Assembly (NCBI GenBank): GCA_016779705.1
Contig: JADHNB010000002.1
Coordinates: 1,017 to 65,016 of the forward strand
Length of the DNA stretch: 64,000 nucleotides
Origin: Poseidonia sp.
Lineage (GTDB): Archaea > Thermoplasmatota > Poseidoniia > Poseidoniales > Poseidoniaceae
Direction of reading: 5' to 3'
Part shown: positions 52,614 through 63,000 of the stretch, piece after piece
Numbering within the stretch: position 1 is the stretch's first letter
How the letters are laid out: the number at the start of each line of letters is the position of its first letter
Translations under genes and position numbers: made by a program
Notes under the pieces: generated by a model
Seen by the model: the letters and a program-made list of their open reading frames with translations, nothing else
Databases searched by the model: none
What the model was told of the DNA's origin: nothing

Positions 52614-53503
52614 CCGGCTTCGTACGACTCAGCCGCGAGCAGCCAATCGCGAATCCAGGTTTCCCCCCGCCCATCGTCCTGAAGCGTCGGATGGGCAATG
52701 GGACGGACGATGATGAGCAGGTCCAATTGACCCCCCCATGAGGCACTGGCCACCGCCACCACTTCACCGACCTTGGTCCCGCTGGGGTCCAACCCGATGG
52801 CGGTCGTCTTGATGTCAAACTGGCGGTAGGCCACTGAAATCATCACGTCCGATTGCACGCGCACGTCGAGCGCGGAAGGGGCTGGCACGTCTTCGAGGAC
52901 CACATCCTCAGGGTCCAGCGTAAAGGGCAATTCGTTATCGATGAGCTGGATGGCTTGATGCATCCGAGCGGTCTCCATGTTGAGGACGGAGGCGAGGGTC
53001 ATGGCGGTCCACTCCGCACCAAGCACCCCGGTTTGGTGAGGGAGGCGCAGCCGCAAGGATTGGAGGACCACCACATCACCGGTCACCCATGTGTACTGTT
53101 CGCTTGCAGGGAAAGGCGGCGCATGCGGGTTCTCAGTAAACAGCGGTTGACCCCAGGACTCGGGAGCAACCGGCGTTTCAACCGGAAGGAAACCGGAAGC
53201 TATGAGGCAGAGCACGGCCACCCCCACGACCAAGAAACGCGGCGTCCGGTGCTCGTTCCAATCGGCACGTCCGGCTGGGCTAGCCACGGACAACCCAAGG
53301 GCCAACGGAATGGCCAACAACGCCCCACCAGGGAGCAGCCACATGCTCACGGATACGAACACCAACAGACGGACACCGTCCAACCCCACGGGCTCCATCC
53401 ATGTTTGCCGTCCGTCGTTTGACCGTCGACGATGAAGGAACCACAACGCACCGCCCGCCCCCAGCAGCGGAGCAAGGGATTGAAGCGCACCCTGCCACAT
53501 CAT
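52607..53503 (-). CDS. Hypothetical membrane protein with extracytoplasmic C-terminal domain
   Basis: About 4 N-terminal TM helices followed by a soluble domain. Confidence 0.6.
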   Translation of the reverse strand: MMWQGALQSLAPLLGAGGALWFLHRRRSNDGRQTWMEPVGLDGVRLLVFVSVSMWLLPGGALLAIPLALGLSVASPAGRADWNEHRTPRFLVVGVAVLCLIASGFLPVETPVAPESWGQPLFTENPHAPPFPASEQYTWVTGDVVVLQSLRLRLPHQTGVLGAEWTAMTLASVLNMETARMHQAIQLIDNELPFTLDPEDVVLEDVPAPSALDVRVQSDVMISVAYRQFDIKTTAIGLDPSGTKVGEVVAVASASWGGQLDLLIIVRPIAHPTLQDDGRGETWIRDWLLAAESYEAGQ

Positions 53504-53589
53504 GAACGTCGCAAGGAAACGAGCACCTTCCGGTCATAGAGGTTCGCCTTTCGCCAAGGTTGATGCAAGGGATTCGACTCCCTTGCTTC

Positions 53590-54618
53590 ATGGCGGACCC
53601 CCTGTTGACCTTTGATGAGGTGCAACATCGTCACGCCGTCCCCGCCCCCAAGGCGTGGAAACCTTGGGCGAAACGAGCAGGTGCTGGGATTCATGGCATC
53701 TCGCTGAGCCTATACCCCGGCCAGGTCCTCGGTCTGGTCGGACCGAACGGGGCGGGCAAAACCACGCTTTTGCGAATGATGGCGGGCGTGTTGCCCATCC
53801 AATCGGGGACGGTGACCGCACCGACCGAGGACCGTCACTCCGTGGCCGTTGAGGACCTACGGAACTGGGCGGGTCACATGCCCGAACAGGTACGTTGGCA
53901 AGGCGCCATCACCGTGGTGGACATGCTGGAGCAACTCAGCGACATGCGTGGGCAAAGGCATCATCACCTTCATGGGTTGTTGAACTTGGTCGGCTTGCAC
54001 GAACGGGCCGAGGAGCCGTTGGACAACCTGAGCCAAGGCATGCGGCAACGCCTCTCCATTGCGGCCGCTTTGTTGGGCTCTCCCAAGGTGCTGCTCCTCG
54101 ACGAGCCGTTCAACGGTTTGGACCCCGTCGCCGCTGAGGCGTTTGCGGCGCTTGTTCGCCGTCTGGCTGGAAAGGGCGTGAGCATCGTGATCTCTTCGCA
54201 CATGGTGACCCAATTGGAAGGCTTGATCGACCGAATCGCCCTTTTGCACCGAGGGCAACTCCTTGACGAAGGGCCGCTGGCGGACGTTGAAAAACGACTG
54301 GCTTTGGACGGGCGGTACCAACTGACCGGGCCCGGTGAACTGGACGACACGAACTTCCTTGGTCACCTCGACACCGATGTTCTGGTTACGAAGTCAACCG
54401 AAGCGTCGTGGTCGTTGACGGTTCGTGGCGATGCCGAGCGTGTCCTGCAAGCCTGCAACGACCACGGACTCTCCGTGGCGTCATGGGCGCCCGTGAAACC
54501 CAATCTTGTTGAGTGGTTGTGCGCCGCCACGGGGATGAGTTTGGACGACATCAGTTTGGACGTGGCGTCTTCGGCCATGGTACCGATGATGGCCATGGAG
54601 GCGATGGAAGATGAGTGA
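53590..54618 (+). CDS. ABC transporter ATP-binding protein
   Basis: GPNGAGKT, LSQGMRQR, LLDEP and ISSH motifs. Confidence 0.93.
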   Translation: MADPLLTFDEVQHRHAVPAPKAWKPWAKRAGAGIHGISLSLYPGQVLGLVGPNGAGKTTLLRMMAGVLPIQSGTVTAPTEDRHSVAVEDLRNWAGHMPEQVRWQGAITVVDMLEQLSDMRGQRHHHLHGLLNLVGLHERAEEPLDNLSQGMRQRLSIAAALLGSPKVLLLDEPFNGLDPVAAEAFAALVRRLAGKGVSIVISSHMVTQLEGLIDRIALLHRGQLLDEGPLADVEKRLALDGRYQLTGPGELDDTNFLGHLDTDVLVTKSTEASWSLTVRGDAERVLQACNDHGLSVASWAPVKPNLVEWLCAATGMSLDDISLDVASSAMVPMMAMEAMEDE

Positions 54619-55441
54619 TCTGCGCCGTATTCTCAAGGTCGCTGCGCGACTTCGCAACGAACGGCTTGTCGGCGTTCGTCTGAAAGTGATGCTACCCATT
54701 CTGATTTTGTTTTTGCCCGGCTTGGCCTGGGGGTTTTCCGACCCGAACATCGTTTTGCCAGGGGGGCATCAGCCCGACACCGCGATGGAAGTGCTCTTCT
54801 ATGCCTCGCTGGGGGTGGTGTTTGGCGCCACCATGTGCGGTGTGCTGATGGCGTTTGATGGGGTGAGCAAAGACCGGGCCAGCGGGATGCTTGAAATTCG
54901 GTTGGCACAACCGATGCCACGACAACACCAGGCCGCAGCCCTCGTTCTCGGACACGCTCAGGCCATTCTGATTCCCGTTTACACCCTGCTCATCCTGACC
55001 GTGGTGGTGGTTCGTTTCCGAATGGGGGAGTGGCCCACACTGACCGAAGCGATGGTCTACGGTCTCTCAACGGGATTGATCGTGCTCTGGTACACCTTGT
55101 TTGCCCTGCTGGCCTCAACCACGGCGAAGGAGCAAGGGACTGCGATCGCTTTCGGGGTGGGGGTGTGGTTCTTTTTCACCTTCCTTTGGGCGTTGGTCAC
55201 CACCATGGTCGCTTATGCGTCGGGAGTTGCGGTGGGTGAACCAAACGACCCGACGTGGGTGGCGCTCGAAGGCATGCTCGACATGTTATCACCCAACGGC
55301 GTCTACCATCATTTGCTCGAAACGCAACTGCCCACCATTGACCGGGGCATCGCCGCTTGGCAGGCTTGGTTGGCCGCTTTGCTGTGGACGGTGTTGCCGT
55401 GGTGGGCCTTGCATCGACGCATGGAAGCCTTGGTTCCGTGA
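54611..55441 (+). CDS. ABC-2 type (NosY-like) permease
   Basis: 6 TM helices; D.VSKDRASG.L...LAQP motif; overlaps the ATPase stop codon. Confidence 0.85.
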   Translation: MSDLRRILKVAARLRNERLVGVRLKVMLPILILFLPGLAWGFSDPNIVLPGGHQPDTAMEVLFYASLGVVFGATMCGVLMAFDGVSKDRASGMLEIRLAQPMPRQHQAAALVLGHAQAILIPVYTLLILTVVVVRFRMGEWPTLTEAMVYGLSTGLIVLWYTLFALLASTTAKEQGTAIAFGVGVWFFFTFLWALVTTMVAYASGVAVGEPNDPTWVALEGMLDMLSPNGVYHHLLETQLPTIDRGIAAWQAWLAALLWTVLPWWALHRRMEALVP

Positions 55442-55487
55442 CGGAATCAGGCAATTGTTCATGAAGGAAAAAGTCCACCGAGGGGGT

Positions 55488-57449
55488 ATGACACCCCGCC
55501 CGCAACTGACCGCTTTCACCTCCATCGCCATGGTTTTGCTGATGCTTTCCGTCGTGTCGTCACCCGTCCTGACCGCCTTGGATGAGTCTCCAAGCATTGT
55601 CCTCCCCGCTGAAGGGCGGCAAGATGGACTGGACGTGGATTGCAGTGGTTATTCCTTTGAAGACCTCTTTGAATACGACTTCGCGCTCTTTGAACTCGAC
55701 ATCCTTGACGATTGGGCCACCGGCGACATGTACGCCAATGCTTGGGTCAACGGGTCCAATTCCGCCATCGTTCGGGACAACCTCGACGGTTTGTTTGAGG
55801 GCCTGCCCGGGGGCGATAACGACTGGATCAGCACCGACGAGCGAGACGCCGTACGGAGCATCGGCCCCAAGTGCATCGCCGACATGGAAACTCGACTGGG
55901 TCTTCGAGAGGGCATCCCCCACTCTGGTGGAGTCGATTGGAACGATTTTGAATTCGTCGAGGACGGCATCGGATTGGACGAGGTGAACTTGGTCCCTCAA
56001 GGGCATGCTGACGCCCGTTCATGCACCAATTTTGGAGCGGCAGCGGATTGCAAAGAAGTGCCCACCACAACCACCGATGACATGGAAATCAGCCTTGCCG
56101 TGGCCGACGGCCAAACCCACAACGTGCGATGGGACCAATTGCCCAACAGCGGCGCCTCCAATTTCACCCTCGCGTTGAACATCACCAACATGAGCAACGC
56201 GGCCTTGCGAGTCACCTTCCCCGTTCTTCAGGGGCTACGAATGTACGACTTCAGGGTCACCCACAACGCCCCTGATGGGGGCCAATCCTGCGATTACATC
56301 GGCGAGCCCTCGTTCAGGTACCTCGGCGACGGTTCGTTGCAGGTCACCCAACTCGTGAGTTTTGACCGAACCCAATGGGATTTGGAATGCAACCTGTTCA
56401 TGGATTTCACCACGGAAGAACCCGCCACCAACGATGTCCCAGCGTGGACCGCCGATGCACCCGCCGACGGCACCAAGATCCCAACATCAGGTGCTGGAAC
56501 ATGGCAATTTGCGGAGGCCAGCACCGGAAACGGGTGGGCCACCGATGAAAACGGATGGGCCTTGAACTGTGCGTTCGACGAAGCCGGGTGGAGCGTCACC
56601 ACCAACGTGCTTGGCGACTTCTATGTCACGCAGCCCACGGGTTCGGTGCAATCAACCGCCGTCTGTCAAGCGGTGGACCCTTTGGGAGCCACCGACGAAA
56701 ACAACACCCGAACCTGGGTCTTTGGTACGCTCTACAGCGCCACCGGAGTGCTTGATGAAACGGGAAGCAGCGCGACGCTGACCGTCACGTCTGCGGGATT
56801 GGTGGACGAATTCATGTTTGAAGTGCGTGCCGCCCAAGGCACCAACCTCGGTGCCGCAGGGAACGCCGTAGCGGTGACGGGAACGGCCCCCACCGAAGTC
56901 GTCGTTTCTCTCGACAACCTGAGGCCCGGTTCCTTTTCCTTTGTCAGCCATGCAGAAGCGAACAACATGATGGCGTACAACGGCAACATCGATCTCGGCC
57001 TGAGCAAACCAAACGCCCCACCAACCCTCTCCGTGGCCGTGAACTTCAACGGTGAGAACGCCACCTGGGACGAAAGTCAACTCAAATTCAGCATGTACGG
57101 CCTGGTGTCCGACCCTGACCTCGAAGTGGTGACCATGCAACTCACCATCTGTGGAAGCAATTACCAAGGCTTTGACATCAACGGCATCAATTGGAACGTT
57201 GAAGTCTCCACGGCGATTTGCATGGCGAACGGGCTCACGGACTACGATGTGTTGATCAAAGCCACCGACGAATCCGGTGCCACCACCGAATTGGTGGTTG
57301 GTGTGAACGCTCCCGTGATCGATGACACGCCGGTGGCTCCTGATGAACCCGATAACGGTGGTGAAGAAGCGATTCCGGCAGCCTCCCTGTTGGCCACGAT
57401 GTGCATGCTTGGTGCTGCGGTTCTGCTCGGTCGGAAAACCGAGGAATGA
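55488..57449 (+). CDS. Secreted acidic, Cys-containing surface protein with C-terminal sorting-like signal
   Basis: Signal peptide from MTPRPQ; tail IPAAS + hydrophobic helix + RK resembles archaeosortase CTERM signals. Confidence 0.7.
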   Translation: MTPRPQLTAFTSIAMVLLMLSVVSSPVLTALDESPSIVLPAEGRQDGLDVDCSGYSFEDLFEYDFALFELDILDDWATGDMYANAWVNGSNSAIVRDNLDGLFEGLPGGDNDWISTDERDAVRSIGPKCIADMETRLGLREGIPHSGGVDWNDFEFVEDGIGLDEVNLVPQGHADARSCTNFGAAADCKEVPTTTTDDMEISLAVADGQTHNVRWDQLPNSGASNFTLALNITNMSNAALRVTFPVLQGLRMYDFRVTHNAPDGGQSCDYIGEPSFRYLGDGSLQVTQLVSFDRTQWDLECNLFMDFTTEEPATNDVPAWTADAPADGTKIPTSGAGTWQFAEASTGNGWATDENGWALNCAFDEAGWSVTTNVLGDFYVTQPTGSVQSTAVCQAVDPLGATDENNTRTWVFGTLYSATGVLDETGSSATLTVTSAGLVDEFMFEVRAAQGTNLGAAGNAVAVTGTAPTEVVVSLDNLRPGSFSFVSHAEANNMMAYNGNIDLGLSKPNAPPTLSVAVNFNGENATWDESQLKFSMYGLVSDPDLEVVTMQLTICGSNYQGFDINGINWNVEVSTAICMANGLTDYDVLIKATDESGATTELVVGVNAPVIDDTPVAPDEPDNGGEEAIPAASLLATMCMLGAAVLLGRKTEE

Positions 57450-57497
57450 ACCGACACAACCAAAAAGACCCGTCAGCAGGAATCGATAGGTCTCACC

Positions 57498-58598
57498 ATG
57501 TTTACAGGAACCGTCGAATCGCAGAGCCACGAAGGAGGCCTGCTGGTTCACTTCGAAGGCACCTCACCAGCCTTGAACGCCATCATGGTGCGTTCCGATG
57601 ATGGAACCTACATTGGAAAAGTCGACGGCGTGATCGGCAACACCAACCACCCGCTGGCTCACATCGCCCATGTTGACCGAAACTTGGACATGGACGCCTT
57701 GATAGGCGTGCAAGTGACGGTGCGAGCAAAAAAACCGCGTAGCGACGACCGCTCAAATCAACGACGGGAGGACCGTGGGCGCTTCGATGACCGCCGAAAC
57801 AACCGGGATCGAAACGGTGGAGGTGACCGCCGATTCGGAAGCGGAAGAGATGACCGCCGAAACAACCGGGACCGAAACGCTGGAGGTGACCGAAGATTCG
57901 GAAACGGAAGGGATGACCGAAGGTCAGGCTTCCAGCGCAACGATCGAAGCTCAGGCAACGACCAGTTCAACAACGATTGGACGTGCCCGGCTTGCAACAA
58001 CTCCAATTTCGCTCGCCGAACGGCTTGCAACCGATGTGAGGCCCCACGCCCAGCAGGAACCGGTCAACCCTCCGGACAGCGCCGTGAGCGTGCCGAGGGC
58101 CGATTTAACCAACGAGGCGATGACCGTCCTCGATTCGATCGCTCCAATCAAGGACGCCGAAACGACCGACAAGGCTCCCAAAACGGGACCTTCAACTCCA
58201 ACGACTGGACCTGCCCTGCTTGCAAGAACTCCAATTTCTCCTTCCGAGATGCCTGCAATCGATGCGAAGCTCCTCGGCCCGGCGGGCGGGGTGGTGGGCA
58301 ACGCCAGGACCGGGGACGAGACGGTGGACAACGCCAGGACCGGGGACGAGACGGTGGACAACGCCAGGACCGGGAACGAGACGGAGGACAACGCCAGGAC
58401 CGGGGACGAGACGGTGGACAACATCAGGACCGGGGGCGAAGGGATGACCGACGCTCACCCCCCTCAAACGACCGCCGCCCTACGAACAATCAAGACGGTT
58501 TCCGACGAGCAAAAGGCAAGCGCTCCGGACACGCCCACAACCAACCCCCCAGAGATTTCCGAGAACCACGTAAATTTGAACGCCGCAGCGATGATTGA
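57498..58598 (+). CDS. Gar1-like domain fused to an R/G/D-rich low-complexity region with two RanBP2-type zinc fingers
   Basis: N-terminal 75 aa follow the Gar1 pattern (G.V...G.LLV...P.LN...IGKV..VIG...P); two DWTCPAC..SNF..R..CNRC.AP motifs. Confidence 0.8.
   Translation: MFTGTVESQSHEGGLLVHFEGTSPALNAIMVRSDDGTYIGKVDGVIGNTNHPLAHIAHVDRNLDMDALIGVQVTVRAKKPRSDDRSNQRREDRGRFDDRRNNRDRNGGGDRRFGSGRDDRRNNRDRNAGGDRRFGNGRDDRRSGFQRNDRSSGNDQFNNDWTCPACNNSNFARRTACNRCEAPRPAGTGQPSGQRRERAEGRFNQRGDDRPRFDRSNQGRRNDRQGSQNGTFNSNDWTCPACKNSNFSFRDACNRCEAPRPGGRGGGQRQDRGRDGGQRQDRGRDGGQRQDRERDGGQRQDRGRDGGQHQDRGRRDDRRSPPSNDRRPTNNQDGFRRAKGKRSGHAHNQPPRDFREPRKFERRSDD
57786..57920 (+). repeat. Coding tandem repeat, 63-bp unit x about 2.1
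   Basis: GATGACCG starts at 57786, 57849 and 57912; unit encodes DDRRNNRDRNxGGDRRFGxGR. Confidence 0.9.
58293..58440 (+). repeat. Coding tandem repeat, 30-bp unit x5
   Basis: Consensus GGTGGACAACGCCAGGACCGGGGACGAGAC encoding GGQRQDRGRD. Confidence 0.95.
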
Positions 58599-58607
58599 GG
58601 AATGCCC

Positions 58608-59651
58608 ATGAGTGCCGAGTCGCATTACCTCAACGCGCTCGAGGCCTTGGACAACGGCGACCGAGACACCGCTAAATCCGAAGCGAAGAAGGCCACTCGC
58701 CTCGATGCCGACCACCTTGAAGCATGGTCGGTGTATGTCGAAGCATGCCTGCCATCACACGGTGCGCAGCCCACGATGAGTGAAGCGGCAAGCGCTCTTT
58801 CCGGTGCCAAACGCATCGTGGCTGCAGACCCGACTCGCCTTGACATGTGGTTGCGAGGAGGCCGCTTGATGGCTGACGACCTCGGCATGCTCCACGACGC
58901 CCTCCATTGGTGGCAGGCGTGTCGAGAACACCTCCCCGGGGAAGTCACCCCCGTGGTGGAAATGGCCTCCATCCTGGCGGACATGGGCGAATACAGTGAA
59001 GCTCAGCAACGCCTCCAGTCCATTCTTGACGACAACATGGACGTCGGTATCACACAATTCCGGAAAATCAACGGCCTCTTGCAACTGGTAAGGGTGGCCG
59101 CCACGCAAGATGAACGTGAAATTTTCAAACCCTACGAAAAGCACCACGACGGTTGGGGGGCCATCCGACAAAAAATGCGCAAACCGCCCATGTCGGAATC
59201 GTTCATTTTCCTCACCACGGCCGTACCGGTGCTCCTCTTGGTCATCCTTCTGCTTGGGCGATACAGCGCACCAACCTGGTCAGCGGTGTGCCTCAACACC
59301 CTGGTCATCATGATGGTGATCTTGGTGCTGATGCGCAACGCCAAGCGATGGTTCCAGCTCTTCAACCGCCCGGCGTTTAACCTCTTACGGGCCATGAATT
59401 TCGAAGCGGCGACGGGCTACGTCGTCATCGATGAGGACGTCCGTACCTCGGTCCTCTACATGTACATCATGCAACGCAAACCGCTTTCTTGGCAGGAACG
59501 CATGCTGAAGATCATCGACAAGGCCTCCCCACTCCCAAAGAATTGGCGCTTGAGGCTCCCCGATTTTGATTCCCATTTGGAGGCAGAGGATGCCGAGCCA
59601 ACCTTTTGGAAAAAAGGAAACGAGGCGTTACCTGCCTACGAGGAAGAATGA
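58608..59651 (+). CDS. TPR-repeat protein with two TM helices
   Basis: N-terminal TPR-like helices (HYLNALEAL..GD...A, LADMGEYSEA), two hydrophobic helices, GAGG Shine-Dalgarno. Confidence 0.7.
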   Translation: MSAESHYLNALEALDNGDRDTAKSEAKKATRLDADHLEAWSVYVEACLPSHGAQPTMSEAASALSGAKRIVAADPTRLDMWLRGGRLMADDLGMLHDALHWWQACREHLPGEVTPVVEMASILADMGEYSEAQQRLQSILDDNMDVGITQFRKINGLLQLVRVAATQDEREIFKPYEKHHDGWGAIRQKMRKPPMSESFIFLTTAVPVLLLVILLLGRYSAPTWSAVCLNTLVIMMVILVLMRNAKRWFQLFNRPAFNLLRAMNFEAATGYVVIDEDVRTSVLYMYIMQRKPLSWQERMLKIIDKASPLPKNWRLRLPDFDSHLEAEDAEPTFWKKGNEALPAYEEE

Positions 59652-59665
59652 ACGCCCCGCCTCAC

Positions 59666-59720
59666 CATCAACCTCGAGATGCACCAAGGATTCACTCCAT
59701 GGTCTCGAGGCTCTTTGATG
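59666..59720. terminator. Hairpin between convergent genes
   Basis: Nested inverted repeats CATCAA/TTGATG and CCTCGAGA/TCTCGAGG. Confidence 0.4.
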
Positions 59721-59729
59721 CCCGACGAC

Positions 59730-60043
59730 TCATGTTAAGGCCGTCAAGAGGGCATCCTTGGTCGATTCCGGGTGGTTGATAACGTACCAGAGACCTTTAC
59801 CGATCATCATTCCCATCGGTAAGGTCGCCGCAGCCAAGCACCATGCAAAGCTCCGGCGAACACCGGCGTGCAGGGCATCATCCGCACGATGAGCGCCTTG
59901 TTCCCACAGTTGATGGTGAGAGCAAAACCAAACAATCCAAGCAACAAGCCCAGCCCCGTGAACGGCCCCGTGGGCAGACCCAGAATTCCAAGCCAACGCT
60001 CAAGCCGAGCCATGCCTTGCTAACGCTCAAGGTGCTCGTCCAT
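59730..60043 (-). pseudogene. Disrupted small membrane protein gene (in-frame TAG plus frameshift)
   Basis: MDEHLER*QGMARLERWLG... in one frame; a plausible hydrophobic C-terminus (FAWCLAAATLPMGMMIGKGLWY) in another frame. Confidence 0.45.
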
Positions 60044-60060
60044 CACGAACACGCCCCTGC

Positions 60061-63000
60061 TTATTGCTGGGATTGGGCGTATTGAATGGCGTATTGTTGA
60101 GCATAGGCTGCTGCCGTGGCCGCATCGTAACCCTGAGAGACAAACTGGTTGTAGTATTGCTCGTACACGGCTTGGTCAAAGGCGGCGGCCGGTTGAGCCG
60201 CAGGCTGTGTGGCAGCCGGTTGAGCCGCAGCAGCGGGTTGCGCTGCTGCACCTGCAACGTATTGGGCTGCGAAGGCTCTGGCCGTATCCTCAGGATAGCC
60301 TTGGGCGATGAGTTGCTGGACGTATTGCTCGGTTGGGTCAAGAGCATCAGCTCCAAAGCCACCCTCCATGCCGCCGAAGGCGTCTTCCTTCTCGCCACCC
60401 TTTCGCATGAACACCAAGGTGGCGCCAATGACCACGAGCAACAGAATGACACCAGCGATCAACATCACCGGGTCCAAACCTGCTTCGGTTGAATCACCAC
60501 CGTCGGTGGTTTGGGTGTTGTCCTTCCAAACACCCGTGGTTGGATCATAGGACCACGCACCGTTCCACTGGCAGTCGCCGTTAGCATCGAGGACGAACTC
60601 ACCACCAGCGGCTTCCGCTTGTGGGTCCGCTTCCAGGCCTTGACAGGCTGGCAAATTCAATTCAATCCACTTGATGGTCACCCAGCGCTCGTCATCCCCT
60701 TCGTAATACTTGATGTACACACGCTGAGAGGTTGACTTGTTGGTGTAGAAACTGTCCACGTTGAGCGTGATTTCGAAGCGGTCGTTGTCACCCAAGGCAT
60801 CGCTTCGGCCCCACAGCCCTTGCGTGCTCATGTTGTACTTCATCACGGGTGAAGCGGAGAAGTCTTCTTCAAAGAACGCAGCCTCAACATAGACCTCGCT
60901 CGTTTCAGCACCCGACAAGACCGTTCCGGAGATGGTGATGGTGTCGGCATCAAACTTGGACTCGTTCAAATTCACGTTGTCCCACTGGATGGCGGGTTCT
61001 TCGTCACCAAAGCCCTCTGGCACGATGACGAAGTACATTCGGTGCTTTTCGGAGAACTTACCAGCGCTGTCGTAAACGACCAATTCCATACGGATTTGGT
61101 TCGTCGTCGTACCCGTTGAATCCACGGTGACGTTCTTGAATTTGTACGACCACATGCCGCCGCTTGCAGCGCTCTGCGTGAACGTGTGACCATCGAGGTC
61201 GAACGTATCATCGCCGTAGGGGGCGTCGAACAACACCTTCCATTCGTACGTCTCAATGCCGTTACCGTCGAGGGCATCGGCGTCCGAGGAGTTGCTGGCA
61301 TCGAAGTGGATGACCAACTCGGCGTCGGGCCCGTCGCCTTGGAGCGTGATTTGATACACGTCCCACTCGACGTTGGAAACGGTCTTGGTCCCGGTGAATT
61401 CCACGTTGTCTTGGTAGTCGGTTCGGATGTCGATGGTGGCGTCGGCCTCAGGGCGGAACTCGTCGGCGTAAACGTCGTTGGTCTCGACCGTGACATCAAT
61501 CGTGCGAGCGTGCCCGTTCTCGTCGTGGAGCATCAGCGTGATGTGCCATTGTTCGCCTTGGGCACAGCCGGTTTGCGAAGCCAGGTCAGCCTTACAGAAC
61601 ATCATGCTGGGGGCGCCTTCCGTCGTGTGACCCGTCAAACCGCTGGCGAGGCTGCTGCCGTCCCAGTTGGTCGGTCCGTCGATGATCCAATCCGTTTGAA
61701 GCGTTTCCGTGGTTGTGGTGGTAAAACCGAACTCCAAGGTCGCATCGCTCTTCATGTAGCGCAGAGCGTACTTGCCGGTGCTTGGGTCAATGCCAGGAAC
61801 TTCGCCGTTGATGGTGATGTCCAAACCGTTGCCCAGCGTACCGAAGCCGTCGGGGTACGGCGTCACTTGGTATTGCAACAGGTTGCCCAAAAGCGGGAAG
61901 GTGGTGCTGTCAGCGCGCTCGGAGTGCGTGGCCACGTCGATGGTTGAGATGATCATGCCACCGGAGTAGTAACTGCACACACCGAGCACGGTGTCTTGAA
62001 TGTCTTCGCTGGAGCGAATGAGTCGCTGGAAGTAACCGCCGTCCTCCATGTAACCGTCGCAGGTTTCGGGGACGTTGTTGGTGCTGACCGACTTGGTGTT
62101 CAACACGGCTTGGGCAACACCGGAGCTGGCGTCAAAGCCCTGGAAGGCGTTGACATCGATGTTGTCCATCACCGGATGGTAGGGGTCAGCCAGATCCATG
62201 GTGGAGTAGGTCACTTGGGTTTCGGCCGTGTCACGGCTTTGAATGTCCAAGCCGAAGGGCAGACGACCGGCCAATCCTTGGTCAAGGCCGTAGATTTGGC
62301 TGCCAAGCGGACCGAGGTGAGCCTGCACCGTACCGCCGGCGGACATGAAGTTCTCCAGCACGGTTCGGCGTGCGGGTTCACCCAAGTACTGGTAGTAGCC
62401 ATCGCCACCGAACTGGGTGTCCTTGGCCACCAATTGCTCTTGCCAGGGCAGGATGATCTTGTCGTAATGGGTGAACCATCCAGCGTCGAAGTAGGTGTCC
62501 CAGTCGTTGATTTCAAATTGGGTGTACGTCATGTTGAGAATGGCCAGGTCCTGCTTGATGGCGGTGGTTCGCGACGAGGTGTCCGAGAGGATGGCCACGT
62601 CGACCATGTCGGCAAAGGTGGCGTGGAAGTAACGCTCGTTACCGGTTTCACTGCCGTCAGAAAGGCGACCGTAGAAACTGATGTTGTAGGTGTGGCCGTC
62701 CATCCAGCCGTTCCAAGGCGTGAACGAAACGTCCGTCTTTTGCTGGCTCTCAAGCGAAACAGCGGGTCCAGAATCCACGAGATGGGCTTGGATTCCGTCG
62801 GCCAGGTCGGTCACTTCCATGTAGAAGATGTAATCACCGCCGAGCACACCGTTGGTGGCTTGGAATTCCCACGAATGGGTCAGCGCACTGTCGATGGGCA
62901 GAACGCACGGCAAGGTTTGGTCGGCGTGACAGGTCAACGTGTCGGGCTTCCCGATGGAGATGTCAACCGATTCGACGTTGAAGATGACACGCTCGATGTT

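Noticed and set aside
58293..58440. 30-bp repeats as a CRISPR array
   Set aside because: Units are head-to-tail with no spacers, lie in frame within a CDS, and no cas genes are present
60020..60022. TAG as pyrrolysine or programmed readthrough
   Set aside because: No pyl machinery in the window, and the same gene also has a frameshift, which favours decay or sequence error
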